A stretch of 64,000 nucleotides of DNA, taken from positions 2,108,001-2,172,000 of the forward strand of contig CATNEN010000002.1 in the NCBI GenBank assembly GCA_950097015.1, in the 5' to 3' direction. This stretch comes from Macrostomum hystrix (lineage: Eukaryota; Animalia; Platyhelminthes). Shown here one piece after another: positions 48,801 through 59,326 of the stretch. The notes beneath the pieces are model-generated. The model saw only the letters and a program-made list of their open reading frames with translations. It ran no database searches and was not told where the DNA came from. Position numbers and translations under genes: made by a program. How positions within the stretch are numbered: position 1 is the first letter of the stretch; every line of letters begins with the position of its first letter.

Positions 48801-51800
48801 GTTATCCTACAGTCTGTCAGCTGTTATCCTACAGCCTGTCTGTCAGCTGCTATCCTACAGTCTGTCAGCTGTTATCCTACAGCCTGTCTGTCAGCTGCTA
48901 TCCTACAGTCTGTCAGCTGTTATCCTACAGCCTGTCTGTCAGCTGTTATCCTACAGCCTGTCTGTCAGCTGCTATCCTACACTCTGTCAGCTGTTATCCT
49001 ACAGCCTGTCTGTCAGCTGCTATCCTACAGTCTGTCAGCTGTTATCCTACAGCCTGTCTGTCAGCTGCTATCCTACACTCTGTCAGCTGTTATCCTACAG
49101 TCTGTCAGCTGTTATCCTACAGTCTGTCAGCTGTTATCCTACAGTCTGTCAGCTGTTATCCTACAGTCTGTCAGCTGCTATCCTACAGTCTGTCAGTCAA
49201 TAGGTGCAAGCAGCGAACCTGATATGGCGGTGGTGTCGCCTCATTCGATCCCTTAACGTAGGCGGTCTTTCGGTAGCGCTCAGTGTACACAGACTCAGGA
49301 TAGGGTGAGTCACCATTGACAGCAGCCGACACTGCCGACTCCTTAGCCACCTTAGCGAACTTATGCGTACCCGGCTCCAGATAGCAACAGGATAGCAACC
49401 GGTAGACCTGCCCACGCCAATAAAACTCAGAATAGCGTCTAACTGACGTAGAATTCGAATCATTCTCAGATTCGAGCAGCCGACGCCCCGGCCTTGGAAC
49501 ACTCTCGCGGTGGGCGCGCCGTCTTGTGGTACAGGTCTGACAGTCGCCCTCATCTGCGTCATCTTCTTCGCTGTCCAGTTCGCTCTGATTGTCGCTTTCG
49601 CTAACGCCATTTTCGTTGCCATTGGCAACGACAGGCAGCGTAGGCGATGGCGGATCGATAAAATATCCCCGCTCGGGCAGGTAGACTTTCTGGTAGAACA
49701 ATCTGCCAGCCGCTGCGTTGGCCTCCATCTCTGCGGCGCTTGCCGTGAGTAGACGATCGCCTGAGCAGTTTGAGAATGCATGGCTGAGTAGTAAGTAGGA
49801 TGAGTCTAAATGACCAGAATTGTCATTGAATGACCAGAATTGTTACTGAATGACCAGAATTGTTACTGAATGACCAGACTAGTTACTGAATGACCAGACT
49901 CGTCACTAAATGACCAGACTAGTCACTAAATGACCAGACTAGTCACTAAATGACCAGACTCGTCGCTAAATGACCAGACTAGTCCCTAAATGACCAGACT
50001 CGTCGCTAAATGACCAGACTAGTCCCTAAATGACCAGACTCGTCGCTAAATGACCAGACTAGTCCCTAAATGACCAGACTAGTCGCTAAATGACCAGACT
50101 AGTCACAGAATGACCAGAATTGTCCGTAAATGACCAGACCCGTTACTAAACGACCTAAATAAACAGAAAAGCTCATTGAAATCACCAACCTGAAGTCCTC
50201 CTAGCAACATCCAGTTTCATCACCACGGTAGACAGATCGGCGGAGCAGCATTCGTCAGCGGTGGCAAACAGCTCGCACGGATCGGCCGTGCTGCCCAAGA
50301 TGGTGTCCTCGCCGTGGAGAAAAACGCTGGCGTGAAACCTGGCGCGCGCATCGGCAGCGCTGGAGCCGACGGTCTCGGAGTACAGTCTGGTTATCCTAGC
50401 CGCTCGCCACTGAGTAGGTCGGCCATCTCGCCAACTGGCCCGCCAAAGCACAAAATCTCCAAGCTTTAGCTGACACCGGGGACCAAGCTGAACGGCCGAA
50501 TAGTACAATCGGCTGACTGGACGACCGGATTTGACAATTTGGCGACGAATTGGCTGGCCCAGAAACTCGAAGCAATCGCCAGCCTGTGAGGCAAAGGAAG
50601 AATTGGTGTGGATTGTTCTCAGTGTGAAAAATACCTACAAATATTTCTGGAACTGTGAAAGCTCTTATGAATGAAATCTAAAAGACTGACAAACCAATAT
50701 CAAAGAACGACATACCAATATGAACGACTGACAAACTAATCTGAAAAAATGACAAACCAACATGAAAGAATGAAAAACTAATCTGAAAGAATGACAAACC
50801 AACATGAAAGAATGACAAACCAACATGAAAGAATGAAAAACTAGTCTGAAAGAATGACAAACCATTCTGAAAAAATGACAAACTAATCTGAAAGAATGAC
50901 AAACCATTCTGAAAGAATGACAAACTAATCTGAAAGAATGACAATTTAATCTAACAGGTTGGGACTAAAGCAGTGAGTAACAGTGCCAAACCTGAACAAG
51001 GGCGCTAGCGTTGAGCTTGGCAAGTCTAAGAAACATGTCCGCCTTAGTTGAGGTGATGAAATCAGCTGCCCGAACCTCGGCATCGAGCTGGTGCTGAAAC
51101 ACCGAGTCGAACACCGACCTGACCAGCGGAGTCACCGTGGCTTTGGTGTCCGCCGATGACGCCTGCGGCGGCGGCCTGGTCTGAACTATTCGACGATGAT
51201 GCCGACGAGGTCGATCTAGCCGAGACATTGTCGCCGATAGCCTAGGACCCTTATCATTCTCCTGGTCGTCGGCATCTTCATTGACGTCATCGTCGTCGCC
51301 ATCTTCGTCGTCTTCGTTGAGGCCGCTGAGCTCCAGCAGGGTGCGGATGCAGGGCTGCCTCATCAGCTCCGTGCCCTCCTCCCTGTCCATGGCGCGCAGC
51401 TGCTCGATGACGAAGCTCGCGTGGGACAGCACGGAGTCGGCGCTGATTGGCGCCACTCGCTCAAGCAGCTCCTCGTACTCGACGGCCTCCTCTTTGCGGC
51501 TGTCGCTCAGTAGGAGACACTCGGTGACAAGCTTGGTCAACTGGATCTTCTCCAGGGCCGACTCCATCAGGGATCTGGGGATCACACGGTAGATTATTAG
51601 GGATTAATCGGGATTCAAGGTGGGGATCACGCAGGGGATTATTAGGGATCAATTGGAGATTCGGTGCGGAACAATCCCTCAACTTCGGCAAGATGTGAAG
51701 GTGCCCTGATACTCACCTGTACTCGGAGTGCGGCCTAGCCAGGATGTATTCTCCGTATTCCGTGCTGAAGCCGACAATCGCTCGTTGACCGCCGTCAAAT

Positions 51801-52345
51801 CCAGACAGCCACCATTCGTCGATGGGTCCCATTCGGCGGCAGGCTATGCCGGCGCCTTCTAACGCGGCTTCAGCGTCGTCAATAGCCGAATAGATAGGCA
51901 ATAGGAGGCCGCTAAAGTACAGCTCGACATTCTCTTCAATTAGGCCTGTGTCAAATGGGCAGAGATGGCCAGCAGGACAGTAGACAGAGAAATCTGTCAC
52001 CTTCTGCTGCGGCCTAGCGTCTGCTTCGTCGTGAAGGACGGAGCCATCGGAAACCAGCGACAAAGCCGGGTGGGTGAGGGCCACGCATTCCTCCTGGGCT
52101 GTCGGCCTGTCGCCGTGAAACTGGCTGGCTTCATCAAGAAACTGCTTGCAGTAGTGACAGCGAGTGTTGGACGTGTTTTGGCGTTTGAAAGTGACGGTGG
52201 CTGCTGTAGAAGATTTCTGATCATTCGCATAGAGACAGCGCTGCTTCTTTGGATTGGAAGCGCCATTTAGGTTGCCAAGACAACAGTTGCTGTTTATAGA
52301 CGGCGAAGATTGCCCAGAAGATGGCAGCTTACGCTTTCGGCCCAT
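42870..52345 (-). CDS. DNMT1: DNA (cytosine-5)-methyltransferase 1, 1304 aa; exons 52345-51717, 51574-51076, 50583-50190, 49760-49219, 48195-47824, 47252-46769, 44186-43717, 43394-42870
   Basis: All seven introns are GT-AG with matching phases (2,0,1,0,0,1,0). RFTS domain: [49 protein letters not shown]1: [19 protein letters not shown]2: [17 protein letters not shown]. MTase motifs: [66 protein letters not shown]: [24 protein letters not shown]. Confidence 0.97.
45290..45400 (-). mobile_element. Truncated tRNA-derived SINE fragment; another fragment lies at ~46320-46420
   Basis: Shares GGGTGAACT..AATGCAGAGTTAATTGTCTTGC..AGG.AC..and the reverse B-box (AATCGAAC) with the copy at 58.6-58.7 kb. 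Confidence 0.55.
46571..46715 (-). ncRNA. Candidate intronic H/ACA-like (sno/scaRNA-type) two-hairpin RNA; the other four copies are equivalent candidates
   Basis: On the DNMT1 sense strand: GGACTC [7-nt] TCGAACTGA..TCAGTGTCGA [7-nt] GAGTCC-T-ACA-NNN, with ACA 14 nt below the upper stem. The hinge ACATTG does not fit ANANNA. The structure was folded by eye only. Confidence 0.3.
48290..49197. repeat. 22/26-bp minisatellite TCCTACAGTCTGTCAGCTGTTA in DNMT1 intron 4
   Basis: Read directly; source of the 298-aa pseudo-ORF. Confidence 0.95.
49808..50150. repeat. 20-bp minisatellite AAATGACCAGACTAGTCACT in DNMT1 intron 3
   Basis: Read directly. Confidence 0.93.
50670..50945. repeat. 21-bp minisatellite AAAGAATGACAAAC(T/C)AA(T/C)(C/A)TG in DNMT1 intron 2
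   Basis: Read directly. Confidence 0.9.
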
Positions 52346-54839
52346 GAACCTTTAAGATGGGCGGGTTTGTCACTGAGTCCACTCAGAATTCTCACTTCTA
52401 AGCTTGGACCGTCAGGCAGTGTCGCTTTCTTTTTCAGCACTTTTATGTATTGTTGTTTAGCTGCAGAAATTTATTTCAAAAAACATAACATGTAACTTTA
52501 TGTTTTATGCAAATAAAGAAAACAGTGTTTTATTTTATGGCTATCAGTTTTTAATAAATATAAGTGAACCATTTTTAGATTCAAGACAATTATTCCTAAT
52601 TTTCTGTCTGAAATAATGTATAATAATTTGCTTTCATGTATGATTTGGACTGAAGTTCCAACTATTATGAGGCCAAACTGTGCACATGTTTATAAAAATT
52701 TGCAGATTTCAAAAAATTGCTTTGAAAGAACCAATGACTGCCAAGCAAGAATTAAAGAAGCTGGTTGCCTATGTTATGTCCTAGCTGGTCAAGTCAAGTG
52801 CAACACTTTTTATGTCATTCTTGACATTAACACATTTAGAAACATTTCAATTTGACAGATTCTGTCTTCAGTCTTGCTGTTTCGCTGTAGGCTTTGCACC
52901 TTACAAAGGAAGTGGGTAGTCTGGGCATCTATTAATAAGCATATTTATATGAGTATTAACACACGTTAAAAAACTAATCTCATCTGTTGACTAATTTGTA
53001 GGCAGGTGAAATTGATAAGGAGATGAGTTAGGCAGTTGGCCAACTTGGCATTAACTGAATTGAGATTAAACTGCTATTATGACAGTGTACTTATTTCTGC
53101 TATATTTGCACATAACATGTTATTTGATAGCTATGAGATAACAAGTCTTTAAAATGAGTCAAATCTTAGGTGCATTTGAGTGACTAATGCATTAATTGCC
53201 ATTTTAACATACTTTAGTCAATTAAACATACCTAATGGCTTTGTAGCATGTAGACAACATTGTTTTAATTGTCTTTATGGCAGACAAGTTTGTCGGCCTA
53301 CAAAGTTTCTTTAAAGACAAGTTAATAGCAGTAGCAGATAAGATGGCAGTAGACAATAAGACCAGAAACAGTTGAAGACACTTAAAGCACAAGCATTAAT
53401 GTCATGACTAATAGCAACAAGTAAATATTGTTGAGGAAAGAAAATTAGGCCTAAGATTATTGCACTGCCCATTTAGCAGAATTCTTAACTTATCTGGCTA
53501 ACTATCATGATCAAGCATGCAAAATAAAAGTTTAACATTAAGTAATTTATGCTTACATTTGGTAATGATACTCACAGTAGTATGATTTACAATTTATTAT
53601 TTTTCTTGTTATTTATTACCTATTGTAAATTTGTTATAACTGACAAGTGGAAGTTAAATATAGAGAAGCTCTGGTTTCAACTGGATAGTAGTGACACACA
53701 GAGCAGAGTTGGTACATCAGCAGTTTAGACATTGACCCTAATGCTTAATTAGGCCTACTTCCTTAGGTACTAATATATTTGTAGAGAATCTATTACATAC
53801 ATGTACAACCTCCCAAATCTTAGCCGGCTGTGTGACTTCATTTTGCTCTCATTTGCAACTTAGTTCATTTCATTGCTCTATTTACAACTTAGTTTGCTCT
53901 CATTTGCTCTCTTTTTCTCTCCCCTTTTTCCTTTTCTTCATGCCTTCCTTTTTTATCCCTTAGTCCCCTTTGATTTTTTTGCACTTGGTTGATTGGTTTT
54001 TGCGACTTACCTTGCTTGGCCCTTGTTTCACCTGGCCGGTTCAGCCGGGTGTTGCACATGTATGATCCATTATTATTTAGTTATTAGGCCCCTTTTTATC
54101 AACATACCCATAGTCAGTGTCCCGTTACATTGCTAATTCACTGGTACCTGTCAATATAGTAGGCCTAGGGATTATTAGATTCTAAATAAGATGGTCTGTC
54201 AAATAATCATGTCATTTTGTGCATGTAACTTTAACTGCCTTCATTAGGCCTAGTTTCTCAGTCCAACATATAATTTCAAATGGCAACCACGCAATAAGAA
54301 TTTATATTAGGCCTACACTACAGTAACAAGAAAACACAATCAGAAAATTCATTGCCAATTTTTATACACTTAGGCCTATATTACATTGCCAATGGGCTAA
54401 GGGGCCATGAGGGTTAGGTCCTGCAAATAAATAGCAGGCCTACCTACTGGCTACTAGGCATATGCTAGGCCTACCTTGCTAATGCTTAGCTATTCTCTAA
54501 GTCTAAGGCAAACAAATGAGCTGTACGCCTGTACCAAATAAGGATAATTCGAAATAAACAAATTTGGTCAAAATTAAATTGTATGTAAACAAAAATAGGC
54601 CCTATTTCAGGTAAAATTATTAATTATTTAAAATTAAATTCATAGCTAGCTGTGATAGGCCTATCCAATGTGAATTATTTTAAATTTTAGGCTTCCATTT
54701 ACTTTATTAAGTTATACAAAAGTAACTAAACCGATATAGAAAATGCTAAGTAGATACTATACACTAGATTTAAATGTGGTAACAGTCCAACTGCGCTAAC
54801 AACCACTAGGCCTACGGTAAAAATGATCTGATATAGTTA

Positions 54840-55100
54840 AATGTGCACGATTTACAGCGCTTCTGTCACTATAGTCGTCGAAGCCGTAGTAAATTTCGAG
54901 TTATGTACGCAGTAAGCAAGCCAAAGTAAGAAATTTCGACGAAATTGTCACGAGTCGTTATTATTTACTGCGCGTGCTAACATAAATAACGTCGAGACTT
55001 TCCATAGCGGAAGTGGCTATTCGTACGGCAGTCCGGAAATATAAAATCCAATAATTCACCATAAGGAAGCTTGCCGCGGGTTGGCGAACACGTTTAACGT
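54840..55100. promoter_or_regulatory. Possible promoter region (CpG-richer island with ETS-like CGGAAGT/CCGGAAAT and E2F-like GC motifs) upstream of DNMT1
   Basis: Local CpG enrichment against AT-rich flanks, and motif matches by eye. No TSS evidence. Confidence 0.25.
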
Positions 55101-55431
55101 TTCTGCACGTTTAGATAATTTTATCATCTAAACGTGCAGAAAATTATCATACAGTTTTTATTCATTAGAAAAATCTCCAAGCATCGCAGTTTACATTTTA
55201 TATTTGTTATAAATCTTTTCATCATTTCTTGGAAATGCACTACAAGATAGGAGATTCTGCCGTACGAGTAGCCACTACCTTTAATAGCTCTATGGGTATG
55301 GGTATAAACCAAGGACCACTGTAGTATACTATAAACCTTTAGTTAATTAAAATAATTAGACACGTCAAAAATATATTCTTCATACGCTCGTCATTTTCTT
55401 TTCCAATTAGAGTACATAGCTCATACGTAAA

Positions 55432-55727
55432 GGGAGGTTGTAGCTTGTGGTTAGAGCGTCGGAATCATGACTTGAAGGTTGGGAGTTCGATTCCCGACTC
55501 CACTGGAACTATTTGTGCCTTTAGCCAGATACTTAACTCAGCATTGCCCCAGTTCATCCAGCTGTTAAATGGGTACCAACATTTAGTAGCTGGGGTAATT
55601 GAGGGTGGGTGTTGCTTCCCCCAGTCCATGGACTGAAAAGCTGTACGCAGCCTTCAGATGCTGGTAGCTGCAGTGTCTGCTGCACATCTGGCCCTACTGG
55701 GGCAGGTTTAATGAATTATTATTATTT
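55432..55727 (+). mobile_element. tRNA-derived SINE, near full length
   Basis: A-box-like TAGCTTGTGG, B-box GTTCGATTCC, central CCAGCTGTTAAATGGGTACC motif, CAGTCCATGGACTG palindrome and (ATT)n tail; homologous to the copies at 58.5 and 61.2 kb. Confidence 0.85.
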
Positions 55728-55973
55728 TATATCACACGTAAAGTTATTATATTAATATATTAAACTGCATTAAAAATATTTCATTTACTACACCACGACA
55801 AGTCTAATAAAGATCATGCGTTTTCTTGCCTTTTTCTTTTTTACGATCGAATGCACACCGAGTCTAAGTCATTAACTTTCAAACCCAAACCTGTATTTGT
55901 GCAGTGGTATTGTACTATTAATTTGAAGAACAGATCGTAATTAACTGTCTTTATGTATCATCCATCTGTTATA

Positions 55974-58064
55974 TCAGTCTACCGAATCCTCATTTAGCTG
56001 CAGGTGAGGGTCTTCGTCAATTTTCGGTTGAGACGGCTCCTCATCGCCGCATTGAGCCACAACACTTGTCCGGATAATTCTTTCAATGTTGCGTACCACG
56101 TCGAGTAGTTGGACATGCCTACAGTTGTAGTCGAAAGCCTGTCCCGGGTGCATGGGAGGATTCAATCTGAATGAGCCTTATAATGTATCGGAAATGTAGC
56201 TTGCTTACTTACACTGGACATTATGAGCTTTGAATAAATTGGACCAGCTATTGATGCCAGCATGAGCTGCTGCTTTGACACTTTCACACCGCGGAAAACC
56301 TGACGGAAAATATCGCATAGAGCCGAGAACTCTTTCGTCAGCTTCGGGCAGGCAACAATACTGTTGCTAGAAATCGTCATGCCACCAAAGCAGCGCATCT
56401 GCTGAATCTTGCTCAGCGCTATCGACTTGGCCTCAGCGACAGTCAGCTGTGCGTCAGAGTCCTGCGGGCAGCGAATGTAGCCCAGCCAGCAGTCAGTCTG
56501 GTCAAAGCCATCAGGACTCGACAGGTGCCCCATTCTGAACAGGACCCCGGCTCTGAGGCACGCCTTTGCCACCGGGGCTGCGTCAGGAACGTCCCTATCG
56601 ATTTCTAGCAGCAGCTGTTGCAGCCTCTCACTCTCGCAGCCAGTTGGGGCTTCGCTTATTATCTCAATACGAATTTGAGTCGCCCTGTTGCATGCCGGTA
56701 AAAATGTGGTGTAGCTATAGTTCGCACAGTCCAACAGCTCAATGGTCAGCAGAAAGTGGCTTAAAAATGGAAAGAGAATAACATTCACTTGAAATTTGGG
56801 CAGACTTGACTCGAAACTAGTGAGATAGTCAAGTAGATTGTCCATCATCTTCGTCACAACTTCAACGATTCGCTGCTTCGGATCGTGATCGTGTTTAAAG
56901 TACACGACGGCATCTCTCAGGAAGAAGTGTCTCATGCAGGCGTTCTCAGATTCCGAGCTCTCTATCATTGCCACGAGCATCTGCAGCGATCGTCGTACGA
57001 GCTCGAGTAAATTCTCCGGCTTCCATTCTTCGGCAGGGGTTTCATCGAGCATGTAGAACAGCATGTTCTTTGCCATGTAGGTCTTTATGCCGCTCACTTC
57101 TAGGCTGATGACCCTCTTGATGAGAAACTTCAGGAGTATGAAGAGCTGGCCTTGCACTGTTGTGAGGTTATGCATGACGGCCCTCTCTAGCAGGGTTGTG
57201 CTCACACGAAGGCGACTGCCAGCTGGTAGTCCCGGTGGCGTCGCAGCGACCGCGTGGCACCTCGGCGACTCGCTAAGGACCTCCTCTCTAAGCAGCTGCA
57301 TGATGCACTGGGGCAGGCAGGTCTTGTAGCCCGGCTGAAGCAATTCGATGCGCGGATAAGCGCAGCAGAGGTGCGCTACGATGATGTCGATTGCCGGCAA
57401 CTGGGTGCTCTCCAACACCGGAAAGTTCGGCGACGTCACTATTTGAGCAGTTAGGGAATGTCAAAATTATTTAACACAACACTGCTAGTCTTTGTCAAGT
57501 GCTTCTACCGAAGAGATCGTTTAATCATTTGATCTTAAAGATCGTTAGGAACGGTTAGATCATTAAATTAGTTTCTAGATCTTTAAATCAATAAATATTT
57601 ATTATTTAGATCGTGTTAGATCGTCAACTGAGTCCACGTGCTTACACTCTCAGGTGCAGCATGTTTATATTCTCGTGCTAAAACTTACATTCAACAATGG
57701 CTGTGACATGCCCGTCTTCGTATTCCGCCAATCGGATTTCAGTTACATCGCAAGCTCTAGCACTAAAGCTATCGTTAAATGGCGACTGGCCTGACTGGTG
57801 AATGTGGATTAGCTGCTCAGCGTCCGTGATGATGTACGTCAGATCGATGTCGGAATCGGAGGCGACGCCACCATCGATGCAGCTCAGGTTGGAACCCCAG
57901 CCGTCTGCGAAACTGCCAAACAGGTAGCAGCTTCCCATGAGCAGCTTGAGCATGTCCTCCAGAGCCAAGGCGAAACCACTCTGAATCTTGGCGTTGACAG
58001 AGCAAAAACCAGCTCTGCTCATGGCTGCCGACAAACGCCGGCTCTGAGCTGGCCCTGTGCTCAT
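55974..58064 (-). CDS. Mab-21/cGAS-like nucleotidyltransferase (cGLR-type) with a C-terminal extension; exons 58064-57689 and 57438-56213, plus a probable 56138-55974 (588 aa). If the last intron is not spliced, the stop is at 56162
   Basis: NTase signature FGSFADG...SDSDID plus a third acidic residue in AIDII. Mab-21 motifs LRVSTTLLE, LFILLKFLIK, IKTYMAKNMLFY, EEWKPENL, CMRHFF. The phase-1 junction GAA T|GTAAGT...caaatag|TG is in frame. Confidence 0.82.
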
Positions 58065-58499
58065 GGCTAAAGTCGTTGATTACTTAAGAAACGTGTTTTT
58101 AATGCACCTTTTATACAGATGAGAACATGCCATGTACCCTGTTTGAGTGAACAAAACGAGCGTTTGAAACATAGAACTGGTTATATGTATTCGAGCATTC
58201 TATTGTTCCGTTGCTCCTTTGTGCTGTCACAAACAATTAATTGTTTCTTTCTATATGCTAACGCTTTATAGGGCCGCACTGGGGCCCGGCGATGTGTTAT
58301 GCAGGGTTACCTTCGAGCATATTACGAGCGCGTATATTGGAGAGTTTTAACCGAAGGATTGCATCCAATAAACAATAATTGCGACACTTTTAGGGACATA
58401 GTATTTTGGGGTTTATGGATATGTCATAAGTGACAGAGTGAGGGATGGTAGAAATTGTGCAAATCGAGAAATTGTTAAGAGAAAAAACAATTATAAGGG

Positions 58500-58770
58500 A
58501 TTAAACCCGCCCCAATTGGGCCAGATGGTAGCACAGCCGCAGCTATTACGCGGTGCATCTGAAAGCTGCGTACGGCTGTTCAGTCCATGGACTGGGGTAT
58601 GCCACACCCACCCTCGATTATCCCCAGATAGTACCCATTTAACAGCTGGGTGAATTGAAGCAATGCAGAGTTAATTGTCTTGCCAAAAGGACACAAGTCG
58701 TTCCAGTGGAGTCGGTAATCAAATCCCCGACCTTCACATGGACGTTCTAACGACTTAGGCTACAACCTCC
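58500..58770 (-). mobile_element. tRNA-derived SINE, same family as 55432
   Basis: The reverse complement shows GGAGGTTGTAGCCTAAGTCG..., CCAGCTGTTAAATGGGTAC and CAGTCCATGGACTG. Confidence 0.82.
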
Positions 58771-59326
58771 GCGGTAGAAAGAAGAAAAAATGAACAATTG
58801 TCTTCTTTGTTCGACACGCAGTCCACAGGGCACAAAAACACAATCACGGGCCAAAAGGGTTGGTGAAGCAAAGTTGAATATCATTAGGCGCGTCTTGAGT
58901 TTCCGAGGTTCTAAAGTAAGCTGGGCATCACCTTACGACGTTAAAGTGAACCTAGCCTAATAAAATAGTTGCAAAGGAAACTTCTTTAGAAGATACAACA
59001 CTTAACATACCGAGATTATACAGCAACTAAAATGATTATTTGAAAAGCGAACAAATACTGTTTTTTAAAGTGTAACGCACAAAGGTTATTCTAAAAAAGT
59101 ACAAAGATTTCTACAGGTTCTTAGTTTTTGTCAGCGTTTTGCAAAATTTTATCTACGAGTAGATAAAGAAGCGTGCTTCTCAACACGAACCGAAACATGA
59201 GTGCTTTACTAATAGTCAGGTGAGGACTAAAAATATTGTGTTGTGAATAAATCGTGTTTCGGTTTTTAACTAAGCTAAGCAATGCAGCGCAACTCAGTTA
59301 AACGTGAAATGTTCGTTAAGCCGAGC

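Noticed and set aside
50965-51075. ORF-track read-through tails (VRAADFITS..., VRRREIG..., LGEHFL..., VKIAV...) as real protein
   Set aside because: Each begins at a GT donor where homology stops, so these are intron sequence.
53880-54060. Short Lys/Glu-rich minus-strand ORF with a CAAG|GTAAGT donor as an extra DNMT1 N-terminal exon
   Set aside because: It has no DMAP1-binding or PIP-box similarity and no demonstrated in-phase junction to exon 1. It is left as an unverified possible 5' exon.
55432-55510. tRNA genes at the SINE heads (also 61239, 58770, 43460)
   Set aside because: A and B boxes are present, but there is no complete cloverleaf by eye and they continue into a shared SINE body.
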